NCBI GenBank assembly: GCA_965217865.1
Contig: CBDCJO010000002.1
Span: forward strand, 5,600,001 to 5,664,000
DNA length: 64,000 bases
Source: Candidatus Latescibacterota bacterium
Lineage (GTDB): Bacteria > Latescibacterota > UBA2968 > SICM01
Direction of reading: 5' to 3'
Below the pieces are notes generated by a model. It was not told the DNA's origin. It saw only the letters and a list, made by a program, of their open reading frames with translations, and did no database searches. Each line of letters starts with the position of its first letter. Positions within the stretch are counted from its first letter, which is position 1. The position numbers and the translations under genes are program-made. Of this stretch, positions 51,101-62,176 are shown one piece after another.

Positions 51101-54100
51101 ACGTTGCCTGTGCGGACCCTCCCTTCTCAACGTTCCCGAACGAAAGGGTTGACTCGGAAAGGGAGATTGTGGGTTCGGCAACCTGGTTCAGATAGACCAC
51201 GTTTGGAGAGCTGTTCCCCACCGCGATGTCCAGGTCTCCATCTCCGTCCACATCTCCTAACGCCAAGGATTTCGTATTGTCGTTGGTGGGTCCGAAGGTG
51301 GCGGACGTGGGGAAGCTTCCCGTTCCATCGTTCAGATAAGCCACATTCTGTTCGTTACCGTTCCCCACTGCGATATCCAGATCGCCGTCGTTATCCGCGT
51401 CTCCAATCGCAAAGGCATACGTGTTGTCCCCGCTTCCGAAGTTTTGAGATGTGCCGAATCCAGGCGTGCTGTTCCCGTCATTCAGATAAACCACGTTCTG
51501 TCCGCCGGTGCTGTTTCCCACGACGATATCCAGATCCCCATCCCCTTCAACGTCTCCTAATGCAACAGTCTGCGTTGCATCGTTCGTCGGACCGAAGTTC
51601 GTTCCCGTGGCAGGGAAGCTCCCCCCTCCGTCGATATACACCACATTCTGTTCGCCGTTGTTCCCCACCACAAGGTCCGGGTCCCCGTCCCCATCAACGT
51701 CCCCAACGATCACAGCTGTCGTCGCATCATTGGTTGGGCCAAAGTCGTCGGATGTGGGGAAAGCCCCATTCCCATCGTTGAAGTAGGCCACGTTCTGGGC
51801 GCTGCTGTTCCCCACGGCCAGATCGATATCCCCATCGTTGTCCAGGTCCCCGGATGCAACCGAAGACGACAAGTCGGACCCTGTCCCGAAGGCGTTGGAG
51901 AACCTGGAGAAGTCGGCCGGACCAATCCCTGCGGCAACGAGGAACTTCCACACGTAAGGGGCGATGGCCTCCCCGCCTGTTGATTGGACCCCGGAAGTCA
52001 GTGAGGCCTGGACTTCCTCGCCCGGCTTGAAATCCGCGGCCGGATCGAAGCTGATCACGGTCGTCCCCCCACCCCCATATGTCCCCGATCGCTCTCCGGT
52101 CAAGGTCCCGTGCACAACAAACGTGCTCGCGGTTCCGGCGTTCATGGCCTGGTTGAAAGTCGCGGTCACATTCGCCCCCACTAAGGCATCGATGTCGTTC
52201 TTCGGAGGGGCCACCGGACTCGGCGGAGGGATGGTGGTGGTTAAATTGTGGAACACCGAGAGGGTGCTGGATGAAAAATTTAGAACCCCCAGGTCGGGTT
52301 TTCCGTCTCCGTCCAGATCTCCAATTGCCACGCCATAAGGGCTAGTTCCAGTTGTGAAGTCGACTTTGCTGGCGAATGAGATCGTGCCGGAACTGCCCGT
52401 GTTGCGAAATATCGACACGGTGTTTGTACCGGAGTTGGGGGCCGCCATATCCAGCTTGTTGTCTCCATCCAGATCTCCAATTATAAGATAAGACGGATTG
52501 GTTCCGGTTGTGAAGTCGATTTTTGCAGCAAAAGAACTGGCGTCGATGGTACCGGCGGTGCTGGTGTTTCTTATGACCGATATGTTGTTCCCATCGAAGT
52601 TTGTGACGGCCAGATCGGATTTGCCGTCGCCGTCGAGATCGCCAATCGCAATCCGGTCGGGCCCTGTTCCGGCTGTGAAGTCGACTTTTGTAGCGAATGA
52701 GGAGGTTGTAATGGAACCCGACGTACTGGTATTGCGGAGCACCGATATCGTCGTTCCAGCGCCGCTACCATAATTTGTGAGAGCGATATCCCGTTTTCCA
52801 TCTCCGTCCAAGTCGCCAATGGCCAGACCACTGGGATCGGTTCCGGTTGTGAAGTCGACTTTTGCGGCAAAAGAGATGGTTCCGGACGTGCTGGTGTTGT
52901 GGAAAACCGAGACTGTATTTGAGACGGCATTCGTAGCGGCCAGATCGGGTTTTCCATCGCCGTCGAGGTCGCCGAGGACCAGAATACGCGGCGTTGTTCC
53001 CGGGGTGAGATCGACTTTTGTAGCAAAAGAAGAACCATTGATTGCCCCGCTCGCACTCGTATTGCGGAAGACAGAGAGGGTGTTGGCACTGAGGTTCGTG
53101 GTGGCGATGTCGGGTTTTCCATCGCCGTCAATATCCCCGATGATCGGTTCTATAGGTCCATTATCTGTTGTAAAGTCGACTTTCGCAGCCAGGGTGGTGG
53201 GATCGATCGCGGAGACGGAGGCCGTGAAAGTGGGCAGGAAGAACTGTGTGGAGATGGCCGTCCGGTTGTTCACCGTCACACTGATCGGACCGAACGTGGC
53301 GCCGGTCGGCACCGTGACCGTCAGGGAGGTCGCCGAAGCCGCCGTGACCGTGCCTTTGATCCCACCGATAAACACGGTGTTGTTGGCAGGTGTGGCATCG
53401 AAGTTCGTGCCGGTGATGGTCACCGAGGCGCCCGCAGCGGCTGACGTGGGCGTAAACGATGTGATCGTGGGCAATGCGGTGGTGAGGGTAAGGTTGTGGA
53501 AGATGGATACGGTGTTCGAATTCCCATTCGTCGCGACCAATTCGGGTTTTCCATCGCCATCCAGATCAGCAATGGCTACAAACCGCGGAGAGGTTCCAGT
53601 GGTGAAGTCGACTTTTGTGGCAAAGGAATTGGCATCAATGGTTCCGCTTGTGCTCGTGTTGCGAAACACAGACAGCGTATTTGCACTCTGATTCGTCACT
53701 GCCAGGTCGGGTTTTCCATCGCCATCGAGGTCACCAATGGCCACAGTCGATGAACCCGTTCCAGCAGTGAGGTCAACTTTTGTGGCAAAGGAATTGGCAT
53801 CAATGGTTCCGCTTGTGCTCGTGTTGCGATAGATTGATACGGTGTTTGAACTGAAGTTGGCCACGGCCAATTCGGGTTTTCCATCGCCATCGAGATCACC
53901 AATGGCCACGAACGATGGAAAGGTTCCTGCGGTGAAGTCAACTTTTGTGGCAAGGGAATTGGCATCAATGGTTCCGCTTGTGCTCGTATTGCGATAGATC
54001 GATATGTTGTTCGCAGTTCCATTTGCCGTGACCACATCTGGTTTTCCATCCCCATCGAGATCGCCAATCGCCACCGCCCGTCGATCAGTTCCCGTTGTAA

Positions 54101-55169
54101 AATCGATTTTTGTGGCAAAAGAGTTTGCATCGATGGTTCCCGATGTGCTCGTGTTGCGATATACAGACATGGTATTCGAGTTGTTATTGGCCAAGATCAA
54201 ATCGGATTTTCCATCGCCATCTATATCGCCTATTGCCGCGCTTCGTGGAGAAGTTCCAGTGGTGAAGTCTACTTTGGCAGATAGGGTCAATGCGTCGATG
54301 CCTGAGACTGTGGCTGTGAAAGTGGGCAGGAAGAAAGCATCCGAGATAGCGGTACGATTGTTGACTTGAACAGTGATTGGGGCGAACGTCGCGCCTGTCG
54401 GAACGGTGACGGTGAGCTGCGTTGTTGTAGCCGCAGTGACGGTGGCTTTTGTTGCGCCGAAGAAGACGGTGTTGTTGGCCGGGGTGGTATCGAAGTTGGT
54501 TCCGGTGATGGTGACGGAGGAGCCGACGACCCCCGAGGTGGGGGTGAAAGAGGTAATGGTGGGTGGATTCATCGCTGCTTCGAGCCCCATCATTCCGGCG
54601 GAATAGCTCTTATAGAAAAACTCACTGGCGCTGATGGTTAGTCCGTTGTTTGTCGCGAAATCGCCGCTACTGGACGCAAAGGTGATCGCGTCGAACCGGT
54701 CACCGTCGGACGGCGTGAAGCTGTTGATCAGAGTGACATTAAGCGTGCCGTCGAGTGTGGCTGTTCCACTGACCGCAAGCTGGTCGTACTCGGTGCTCAC
54801 AGTCGTACCGCCGATCTCGGAGTTCAGCGTTCCCGCGGAGGTCTGCGTGTAGTTTGCCCCCCCCGCCGACCGTAAAGCCGCTTCCCGATCCCACGGTCAG
54901 TGTTCCGGCATTGCTGATCGCACCCGCGCTCGTGAAGTTCGCGCCGTTCTTGATCTCGAAGCTGCCCCCGGATGCGTTGGTGGCGAAGTTGGCCAGGCCG
55001 GTTCCGCTCTGGATCTGGGCGCTCGCACCGTCAAGGATGATGGTCGCGGCGTTTGTGACTATGTCGGCCCCAGTGAAATTGAAAGTGGACTGGATGTCGT
55101 AGGTGCCGCCTGTCAGGGTCTGGGCGGAGAAGTTGGAGAAGCTTCCCGTAATGTCGATCGTGCCGGTCT

Positions 55170-58100
55170 GTACGTCCACCGTACCTGTATTGTTGAACGG
55201 ATTAGCGATGGTGGAAGTCCCCGTGCCCGCAGACTTGCGAAACGTGCCGCTGTTGTTGAAGGTCCCAGCTGTGCCGGCATTCCAGTTCAGGAGGTTATTG
55301 CTCGTGAGATTGAACAGCGCACCGCTCTGGTTGTTCAGAACGGATGAGTTGTTCATGTAGAAAGTCCCCGCGGTCCAGGTCATCGTGCCGTTGTTGTTCA
55401 GCGTGGCCGTGTCGAGGAAGTCGCTGCTCGTAGATAGGGTGAGGATCCCGTCGTTCGTGAAAGTCGTGCCGTTGAGGGTGTTACCCGACAAAGTAAGTCC
55501 GTTCCCGGTGAAGTTGAACGTCGCACCACCCCCGGTCGCCGTGAAGGTGCCTGTGTTTTCCAATGTCCCGCTGATCGTGCCGGAAAAAGATCCCGAGAAC
55601 GAGTGGACCCCACTGTGGGTGACTGTCGCGCCGGAGGAGACCGTATAGGTCCCCCCCCCGTGTGGGTCCCACCCCCCGTGAAAGAGAGCGTCCCGGACTG
55701 GCCTTCGATCGCTCCACCGGTGTTGTTGAATATATCAACGATAGTGGAAATGCCTGCGCCCGCAGACTTGCGGAAGGTTCCTGTGTTGTTGAAAGTCCCT
55801 GTTCCAGTGGCACTCCAGCTCATGGTGTTATCGCTTTGCATATCGAAAAGCGCCCCACTCAGGTTATTCAGAACCGCAGGGCTGTTGATATAGAAGGTAC
55901 CCCCCGTCCAGGTGATCGTCCCGCTGTTATCGAGCGTACGGGTGTCCAGGGTACTGGTGCCGGTGGGAACGGTGAGGGTCGCTCCGGATTGAATCGTGGT
56001 GACACCTGAGCCCGACATCGTGCCTGCAGACCAGTTCATACTCCCTGTCACCGTAATGGTGTCCCCCCCCGTGACCGTGCCCCCGGTGACCTCGAAGTTC
56101 GAGGTGGAAAGACCACTGTTTACCGTCAGGGTGGCCCCGCCCACACGAACCGGACCCGCCCCGGGAAGCGTGACTCCCGCATTGAAAGTATGAGAACCCG
56201 TACTGAAATTGAGAAGCGCCCCGGAGGACACGTCGAAGGCCCCGGTGCTGGTCCCTCCCGAACTCATCACCACGGTCCCCGTCTGGACTTCTACCGTACC
56301 TGTATTGTTGAACGGATCGTCGATGCTCGAAGTCCCCGTGCCCGCTGACTTGCGGAACGTGCCGCTGTTGTTGAAGGTCCCTGCTGTACCGGCACTGACC
56401 GACATGGTGTGGTTGCCCGTGAGGTCGAACAGCGCACCGCTCTGGTTATTCAGAACCGCGGAGTTATTCATGTAGAAAGTCGCGGCTATCCAGGTCATCG
56501 TCCCGTTGTTGTTCAACGTGGCCGTGTCGAGGATGTTGGTGCCCGCAGACAGGGTGATAATCCCATCGTTCGTGAAGGTCGTGCCGTTGAGGGTGTTACC
56601 GGGCAAGCTGAGTCCATTCCCAATGAAGTTGAACGTCGCACCTCCTCCGGTGGCCGTAAATGTGCCCGTGTTTTCCAATGTCCCGCTGATCGTGCCGGAA
56701 AATGATCCCGAGAACGAGTGGACCGCACTGTGGGTGACTGTCGCACCGGAGGAGACCGTATAGGTCCCCCCCGTGTGTGTCCCACCCCCCGTGAACGAGA
56801 GCGTCCCGGACTGGCCTTCGATCGTGCCACCCGTGTTGTTGAATATATCAACGATGGTGGAAGTGCCTGCGCCCGCAGACTTGCGGAAGGTTCCTGTGTT
56901 GTTGAAAGTCCCTGTTCCAGTGGCACTCCAGCTCATGGTGCTATTGCTTTGCATATCGAAAAGCGCACCGCTCAGGTTGTTCAGAACCGCAGGGCTGTTG
57001 ATATAGAAGGTGCCCCCAGTCCAGGTGATCGTCCCGCTGTTATCGAGCGTACGGGTGTCCAGGGTACTCGTGCCCGTGGGAACGGTGAGGGTCGCTCCGG
57101 ATTGGATCGTGGTGACACCCGACCCCGACATCGTGCCTGCAGACCAGTTCATACTCCCTGTCACCGTAATGGTGTCCCCCCCCGTGACCGTGCCCCCGGT
57201 GAGCTCGAAGTTCGAGGTGGAAAGCCCACTGTTTACCGTCAGGGTGGCCCCACCCACACGAACCGGACCCACCCCGGGAAGCGTGACGCCCGCGTTGAAA
57301 GTATGAGAACCCGCGCTGAAATTGAGAAGCGCCCCGGAGGACACGTCGAAGGAGCCTGTGCTGGTACCCGATGAGGTGAACAACATCGTACCGGATTGCA
57401 CCTGGACGCTGTCCGTGTTATTGAACGGGTTACTGATGGTGGAAGTCCCCGTGCCCGCAGACTTGCGGAACGTGCCGCTGTTGTTGAAGGTCCCTGCTGT
57501 ACCGGCACTGACCGACATGAGGTGGTCGCCCGTGAGGTCGAACAGCGCACCGCTCTGGTTGTTCAGAACTGATGAGTTGTTCATGTAGAAAGTCGCGGCT
57601 ATCCAGGTCATCGTGCCGTTGTTGTTCAGCGTGGCCGTGTCGAGGATGTTGGTACCCGCAGACAGGGTGATAATCCCATCGTTTGTGAAAGTCGTGCCGT
57701 TGAGGGTGTTACCGGGTAAGGTAAGTCCATTTCCAATGAAGTTGAACGTGGCACCCCCCCCCGGTCGCCGTGAATGTGCCCGTGTTTTCCAATGTCCCGC
57801 TGATCGTGCCGGAAAATGATCCCGAGAAGGAGTGGACCGCACTGTGGGTGACTGTCGCGCCGGAGGAGACCGTATAGGTGCCACCCGTGTGGGTCCCACC
57901 CCCCGTGAACGAGAGCGTCCCGGACTGGCCTTCGATCGTTCCACCGGTGTTGTTGAATATATCAACGATGGTGGAAGTGCCTGCGCCCGCAGACTTGCGG
58001 AAGGTTCCTGTGTTGTTGAAAGTCCCTGTTCCAGTGGCACTCCAGCTCATGGTGTTATTGCTTTGCATATCGAAAAGAGCACCACTCAGGTTGTTCAGAA

Positions 58101-59310
58101 CCGCAGGGCTGTTGATATAGAAGGTACCCCCGGTCCAGGTGATCGTCCCGTTGTTGTCGAGCGTACGGGTGTCCAGGGTACTGGTGCCGGTGGGCACGGT
58201 GAGGATCGCTCCGGATTGGATCGTGGTGACACCCGACCCCGACATCGTGCCTTGCAGACCAGTTCATACTCGAGGTGGAAAGCCCACTGTTTACCGTCAG
58301 AGTGGCCCCGCCCACACGAACCGGACCCGCCCCGGGAAGCGTGACTCCCGCGTTGAAAGTATGAGAACCCCCGGTATAGTTGAGAAGCGCCCCGGAGGAC
58401 ACGTCAAAGACGCCAGTGCTGGTCCCTCCCGAACTCATCACCACGGTCCCCGTCTGGACTTCTACCGTACCTGTATTGTTGAACGGATCGTCGATGCTGG
58501 AAGTCCCCGTACCCGCAGACTTGCGGAACGTGCCGCTGTTGTTGATGGTCCCTGCTGTACCGGCACTCCAGCTCAGGGTGTTGTCGCTCGTGAGATCGAA
58601 CAGCGAACCGCTCTGGTTGTTCAGAACTGCGGAGTTGTTCAGGTAGAAAGTCCCTGCTGTCCAGGTCATCGTGCCGTTGTTGTTCAGCGTGGCCGTGTCG
58701 AGGATGTGGGTGCCCGTAGACAGGGTGATGATCCCGTCGTTGGTGAAGGTCGTGCCGTTGAGGGTGCTACCGGGCAAAGTAAGTCCATTTCCAATGAAGT
58801 TGAACGTCGCACCACCCCCGGTGGCCGTGAAGGTCCCCGTGGTTTGCAAAGTGCCGCTGATCGTGCCGGAAAAAGATCCCGAGAACGAGTGAACCGCACT
58901 GTGGGTGACTGTCGCGCCGGAGGAGACCGTATAGGTACCCCCAGTGTGGGTCCCATCCCCCGTGAACGAGAGCGTCCCGGACTGACCTTCGATCGTTCCA
59001 CCGGTGTTGTTGAAGGTATCAGCGACGGTGGACGTGGTCCCCCCCGCGGACTTGCGGATCGTGCCCGTGTTGTTGAAGGTCCCTGCTAAACCGACACTCC
59101 AACTCAGGAGGTTATTGCTTTGCATATCGAACAGCGCACCGCTCAGGTTGTTCAGAACTGCAGAGTTGTTCAGGTAGAAGGTCCCACCGGTCCAGGTGAT
59201 CGTCCCGCTGTTATCGAGCGTACGGGTATCCAGGGTACTGGTGCCGGCGGACAGGGTAAGGGTAGCGCCGGACTGAATAATGGTGCTATCTGACCCCGAC
59301 ATCGTGCCGC
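55170..59310 (-). repeat. Intragenic tandem repeat, 1113-bp (371 aa) unit, about 3.7 copies
   Basis: Anchor TTGCGGA... recurs at 55768, 56881, 57995 and 59052 (spacings 1113, 1114, 1057). Confidence 0.9.
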
Positions 59311-59649
59311 TCGACCATACCATGATGCTTGTCACAGTCAGGGTCCCGGCTCCCGTCAGTGTACCACCCGAAACCGTAAAGGAGTCGTTGACCGTGGAAG
59401 CAGCCGCGATGGAGATGCTGCCGCCTGAAAGGACCAATTTTTCGTCGCTGGTCAGGCTGTTGATCGTGGTGGTGCCCGAGGCGTGAGTTATTGTGGGCGT
59501 CCCGCCAACGCTGATCGTGACATCGTCGGATACGCCCGGGAGGACATCCCCGCTCCAGTTGATCGCGTCGCTCCAGGAGACACCGTCGCCCCCGCCGTCC
59601 CAGGAGATGGCCGCTGCAGCGGCTAAGGTGGGGAGGAGGAGGGAGAAGC

Positions 59650-59673
59650 AGATTGAAGATTGAAGATTGAAGA
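59650..59673. repeat. (AGATTGA)3 heptamer repeat in the signal-peptide region of the giant gene
   Basis: agattga agattga agattga aga. Confidence 0.85.
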
Positions 59674-59801
59674 CCGGACAGACTTAGGCGAGATAAGAAT
59701 TGGTTTGGAAGGCGGTTTTTGTGGAGAAGGGTGTTCATGTGACCAACGTATTCATGAAATGAAGGCCTTAGGTAGTCAAATAACGCCTTCTCTTACATAA
59801 T

Positions 59802-59825
59802 ATTATGTGACGAATGTCACATAAT
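59802..59825. promoter_or_regulatory. CRP/FNR-family-type binding site
   Basis: ATTATGTGAC-GAAT-GTCACATAAT, containing an exact TGTGA-N6-TCACA. Confidence 0.65.
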
Positions 59826-60173
59826 GGAATACATAAAAGACATACCAATCCAATAAACAAAAAGACCCATCCCAACCGCCTGTGATCTTACCAGGGAGGC
59901 CTTTAGATGGGCAAAACAATCATTGAAAACATCCGGTCTGGTGAAATTCATCTCGGGTTCCGCCGAACTTTCCTAATGCTTGTACCTACAGGGCTTATCT
60001 ACAAAAGACAAGGTACCTTCACTTAGGAATCAGGTCAAGTATATTCTGTGGACATGGACAGGAATTGAAGATCGAGATTCGGCGGCAATGGCATACCTAT
60101 ATGCGCACCCTTCACCCCTGTTCGCCATCGGGTCTGAGAAAGATCCTCAGATAGACCTATTACCTTAGAGATT

Positions 60174-60275
60174 AGGTTGGAGAGGCTCGGTTTTCGGGTG
60201 CTGCGATTTACTGACGGTGATGTCAAGCAGATCTCGAAGGCGACCTGCATGGGGATAGATGAGAATGGGATATGA
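60174..60275 (+). pseudogene. DUF559 (Vsr-like endonuclease) C-terminal remnant
   Basis: Translates to RLERLGFRVLRFTDGDV; followed by CCCCTCC-N-GAGGGG palindromes. Confidence 0.55.
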
Positions 60276-60276
60276 C

Positions 60277-60398
60277 CCACCCCGCCCCGGCTTAAGTCAC
60301 GCCGGGGCACCCCTCCCAAGAGGGGATTTTGGTTGGCGTTTCTTGGAATACGCCATGAAAATGAAAATCCCCTCCTTGGAGGGGATTTAGGGGTGGGT
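60277..60398. repeat. Inverted pair of CCCCTCC...GAGGGG palindromic repeats of the kind seen beside DUF559 genes
   Basis: acccacccc...cccctcccaagaggggatttt and aaaatcccctccttggaggggatttaggggtgggt. Confidence 0.6.
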
Positions 60399-60536
60399 CT
60401 GATGAGGATGGAGTCCGGAATTGGAAAGATGAGAATGGGATATTGGTTGCGGCTGAGTGAAACGAAGCCCGCGATAGGTCTGACCCTAAATCGAATTCTG
60501 GTTATTCGTCACGATCATACTGAAAAGGATGGCCTC

Positions 60537-60564
60537 GTAGGGGGACGGCATGCCGTGCCCCTAC
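60537..60564. repeat. GTAG-type REP-like palindrome
   Basis: GTAGGGGGACGGCA-TGCCGTGCCCCTAC. Confidence 0.75.
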
Positions 60565-60586
60565 CTAACAGAATTCAAAATTCTTC

Positions 60587-60630
60587 TTGACATTCATATC
60601 CTTCTATTTTTATATTTAGCCTCACCAAAA
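60587..60630 (+). promoter_or_regulatory. Sigma70-type promoter overlapped by a DtxR/MntR-like operator
   Basis: TTGACA-N18-TATATT; TTTAGCCTCACCAAAA (60615-60630) resembles TTTAGGTTAACCTAAA. Confidence 0.5.
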
Positions 60631-60948
60631 CATTTAATGGGATATTTCTAACTCATTTTTATCAGAAAGAACTAATTCTGATTTCATTCCCTGAAATAAT
60701 CAAACTAGAAGGAAACCCAGTAAATCACCCCGCCCAAAGGGCGGGGCATTAACCACTCCCCTCCCCAAACAGATCCAACTGTAGGGGCCCTTTCTGCTCT
60801 TGAAGATGAAACCGAATATATCCTCTGATCACTTTAGAAGTTACCTTTTCGACTACGGTACGGACAAAACAGCCTTTTAGCTTACCCTCAGCAAGCTAAA
60901 CTTTTCCTCCCCTTCCAAAGGAAGGGGTATCCAAGTTCAAATACTTTC

Positions 60949-62169
60949 ATGAACAAATCCATGTTGCTCAAATATTTTAATCTGGGATGCCTCCTGTTAT
61001 TCATCTCTCTTTCAGGATGTGGCCTTCTTACCAAGGCCCCGCTGGACCCGGACACACTGGAGGCTCCCTTCGAGGGAATGACAAATACCCTTAACGCAGC
61101 ATTTGGCAGGGGAGACGAAAATTTCGATCACGTCTTCACGATTAATGAGGGCCTCGGCCCCATCTTCAACCAGGCGGCTTGTTCCTCCTGTCACCCCGGG
61201 GATGGGAGAGGAAACCCGGAAGTCGGGCTGCTGATTCGTTTCAGCCGGGGAAGTGACCTGATTCCGCTCCTGGGAGGCCAGCAGCTTCAGAACCGGGCAA
61301 TCCCGGGGGTTAGTCCCGAGACACTCCCTCCCGGCGTGGACACCTCCCCTCGACTGCCCCCACCGGTGTTCGGTGTGGGTTTGATCGAGACCATTCCTGA
61401 GCAGACTATCCTCCAATTGGCAGACCCGGACGACCTGGATGGAGACGGCATATCCGGCCGACCCAACATGGTCTTTTCCCCTGACTGGGTCCCTTCAACC
61501 GAAGTTGGTAGCGGCCCGGGTCCACAACTGGGCCGCTTTAGCAGAAAAGCCCAGGTGTCCTCGCTGCTCCAACAGATCGCGGAGGCGTATCACCAGGATA
61601 TGGGGATCACAAACGACTTTCTGCCGGTCGAGAACTACAACCCCCAGACCGCGGGTGCGGTCTCTTCCGGAGACAAGGTCCCGGACCCCGAGATACCAGC
61701 CAGCGTTGTGTTCGAAACCGTCACATACGTCAGACTCCTGGCCCCACCGCGTCGAGGTGAGATCACCGAAGAGGTCCGGAGGGGAGAGACACTGTTTACG
61801 AGCATGGCGTGTCACCTGTGCCACGTCCCAACGCTCCGCACCGGACCCAGCACCGTCCCGCAGCTCAACAATGTCGAAATCAATCCCTACTCGGACTTCC
61901 TGATTCACGATATGGGTCCGGAACTAGCCGACCACCGCCCCGATGGAGATGCCGACGGATTCGAATGGAGAACCGCCCCCCTATGGGGCACCAGGCTTGT
62001 CGCAGAAAATCTGGGTGGAAAGCCCTTTTACCTCCACGACGGCCGAACCTCCGACCTTTCAGAGGCCATAAGGCTCCACGGCGGGGAGGCGAAAAATGCC
62101 AGGAACGCATTTATAGCGCTTACTCAGGGTGACCAGCAGGCCGTTCTGGCCTTCCTCGGCTCCTTGTGA
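60949..62169 (+). CDS. Di-heme oxidoreductase (DHOR/DUF1111) family lipoprotein
   Basis: Lipobox LSGC; GLGPIFN..ACSSCH..DGRG, DGDGISGR.N, GRFSRKA, CHLCHVP, YSD.LIHDMG, WRTAPLWG, LHDGR, AIRLHGGEA. Confidence 0.9.
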   Translation: MNKSMLLKYFNLGCLLLFISLSGCGLLTKAPLDPDTLEAPFEGMTNTLNAAFGRGDENFDHVFTINEGLGPIFNQAACSSCHPGDGRGNPEVGLLIRFSRGSDLIPLLGGQQLQNRAIPGVSPETLPPGVDTSPRLPPPVFGVGLIETIPEQTILQLADPDDLDGDGISGRPNMVFSPDWVPSTEVGSGPGPQLGRFSRKAQVSSLLQQIAEAYHQDMGITNDFLPVENYNPQTAGAVSSGDKVPDPEIPASVVFETVTYVRLLAPPRRGEITEEVRRGETLFTSMACHLCHVPTLRTGPSTVPQLNNVEINPYSDFLIHDMGPELADHRPDGDADGFEWRTAPLWGTRLVAENLGGKPFYLHDGRTSDLSEAIRLHGGEAKNARNAFIALTQGDQQAVLAFLGSL

Positions 62170-62176
62170 GAGGCGA

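Larger units (their letters stand above)
48094..59738 (-). pseudogene. Giant (~3,900 codon) adhesin-like surface protein: beta-helical repeats, IPT/TIG + FG-GAP, Ig-like, choice-of-anchor D/ASH, FN3, partial PKD, truncated FlgD/T9SS-like CTD; six frameshifts
   Basis: Seven consecutive minus-strand ORFs join into one reading. Breaks at ~59640-59683, ~58252, C9 57754-57762, C9 55651-55659, C8 54857-54864 and ~49020. Motifs: GDLDGDGKPDL, PTITSFTPTS, L.FG.V, NYPNPFNP. Confidence 0.85.

Noticed and set aside
52250-59310. CRISPR array or diversity-generating retroelement repeats
   Set aside because: The repeats are in-frame protein-coding units (FG-GAP and beta-solenoid) without unique spacers; there is no cas or reverse transcriptase gene, and no adenine-specific variation was noticed.
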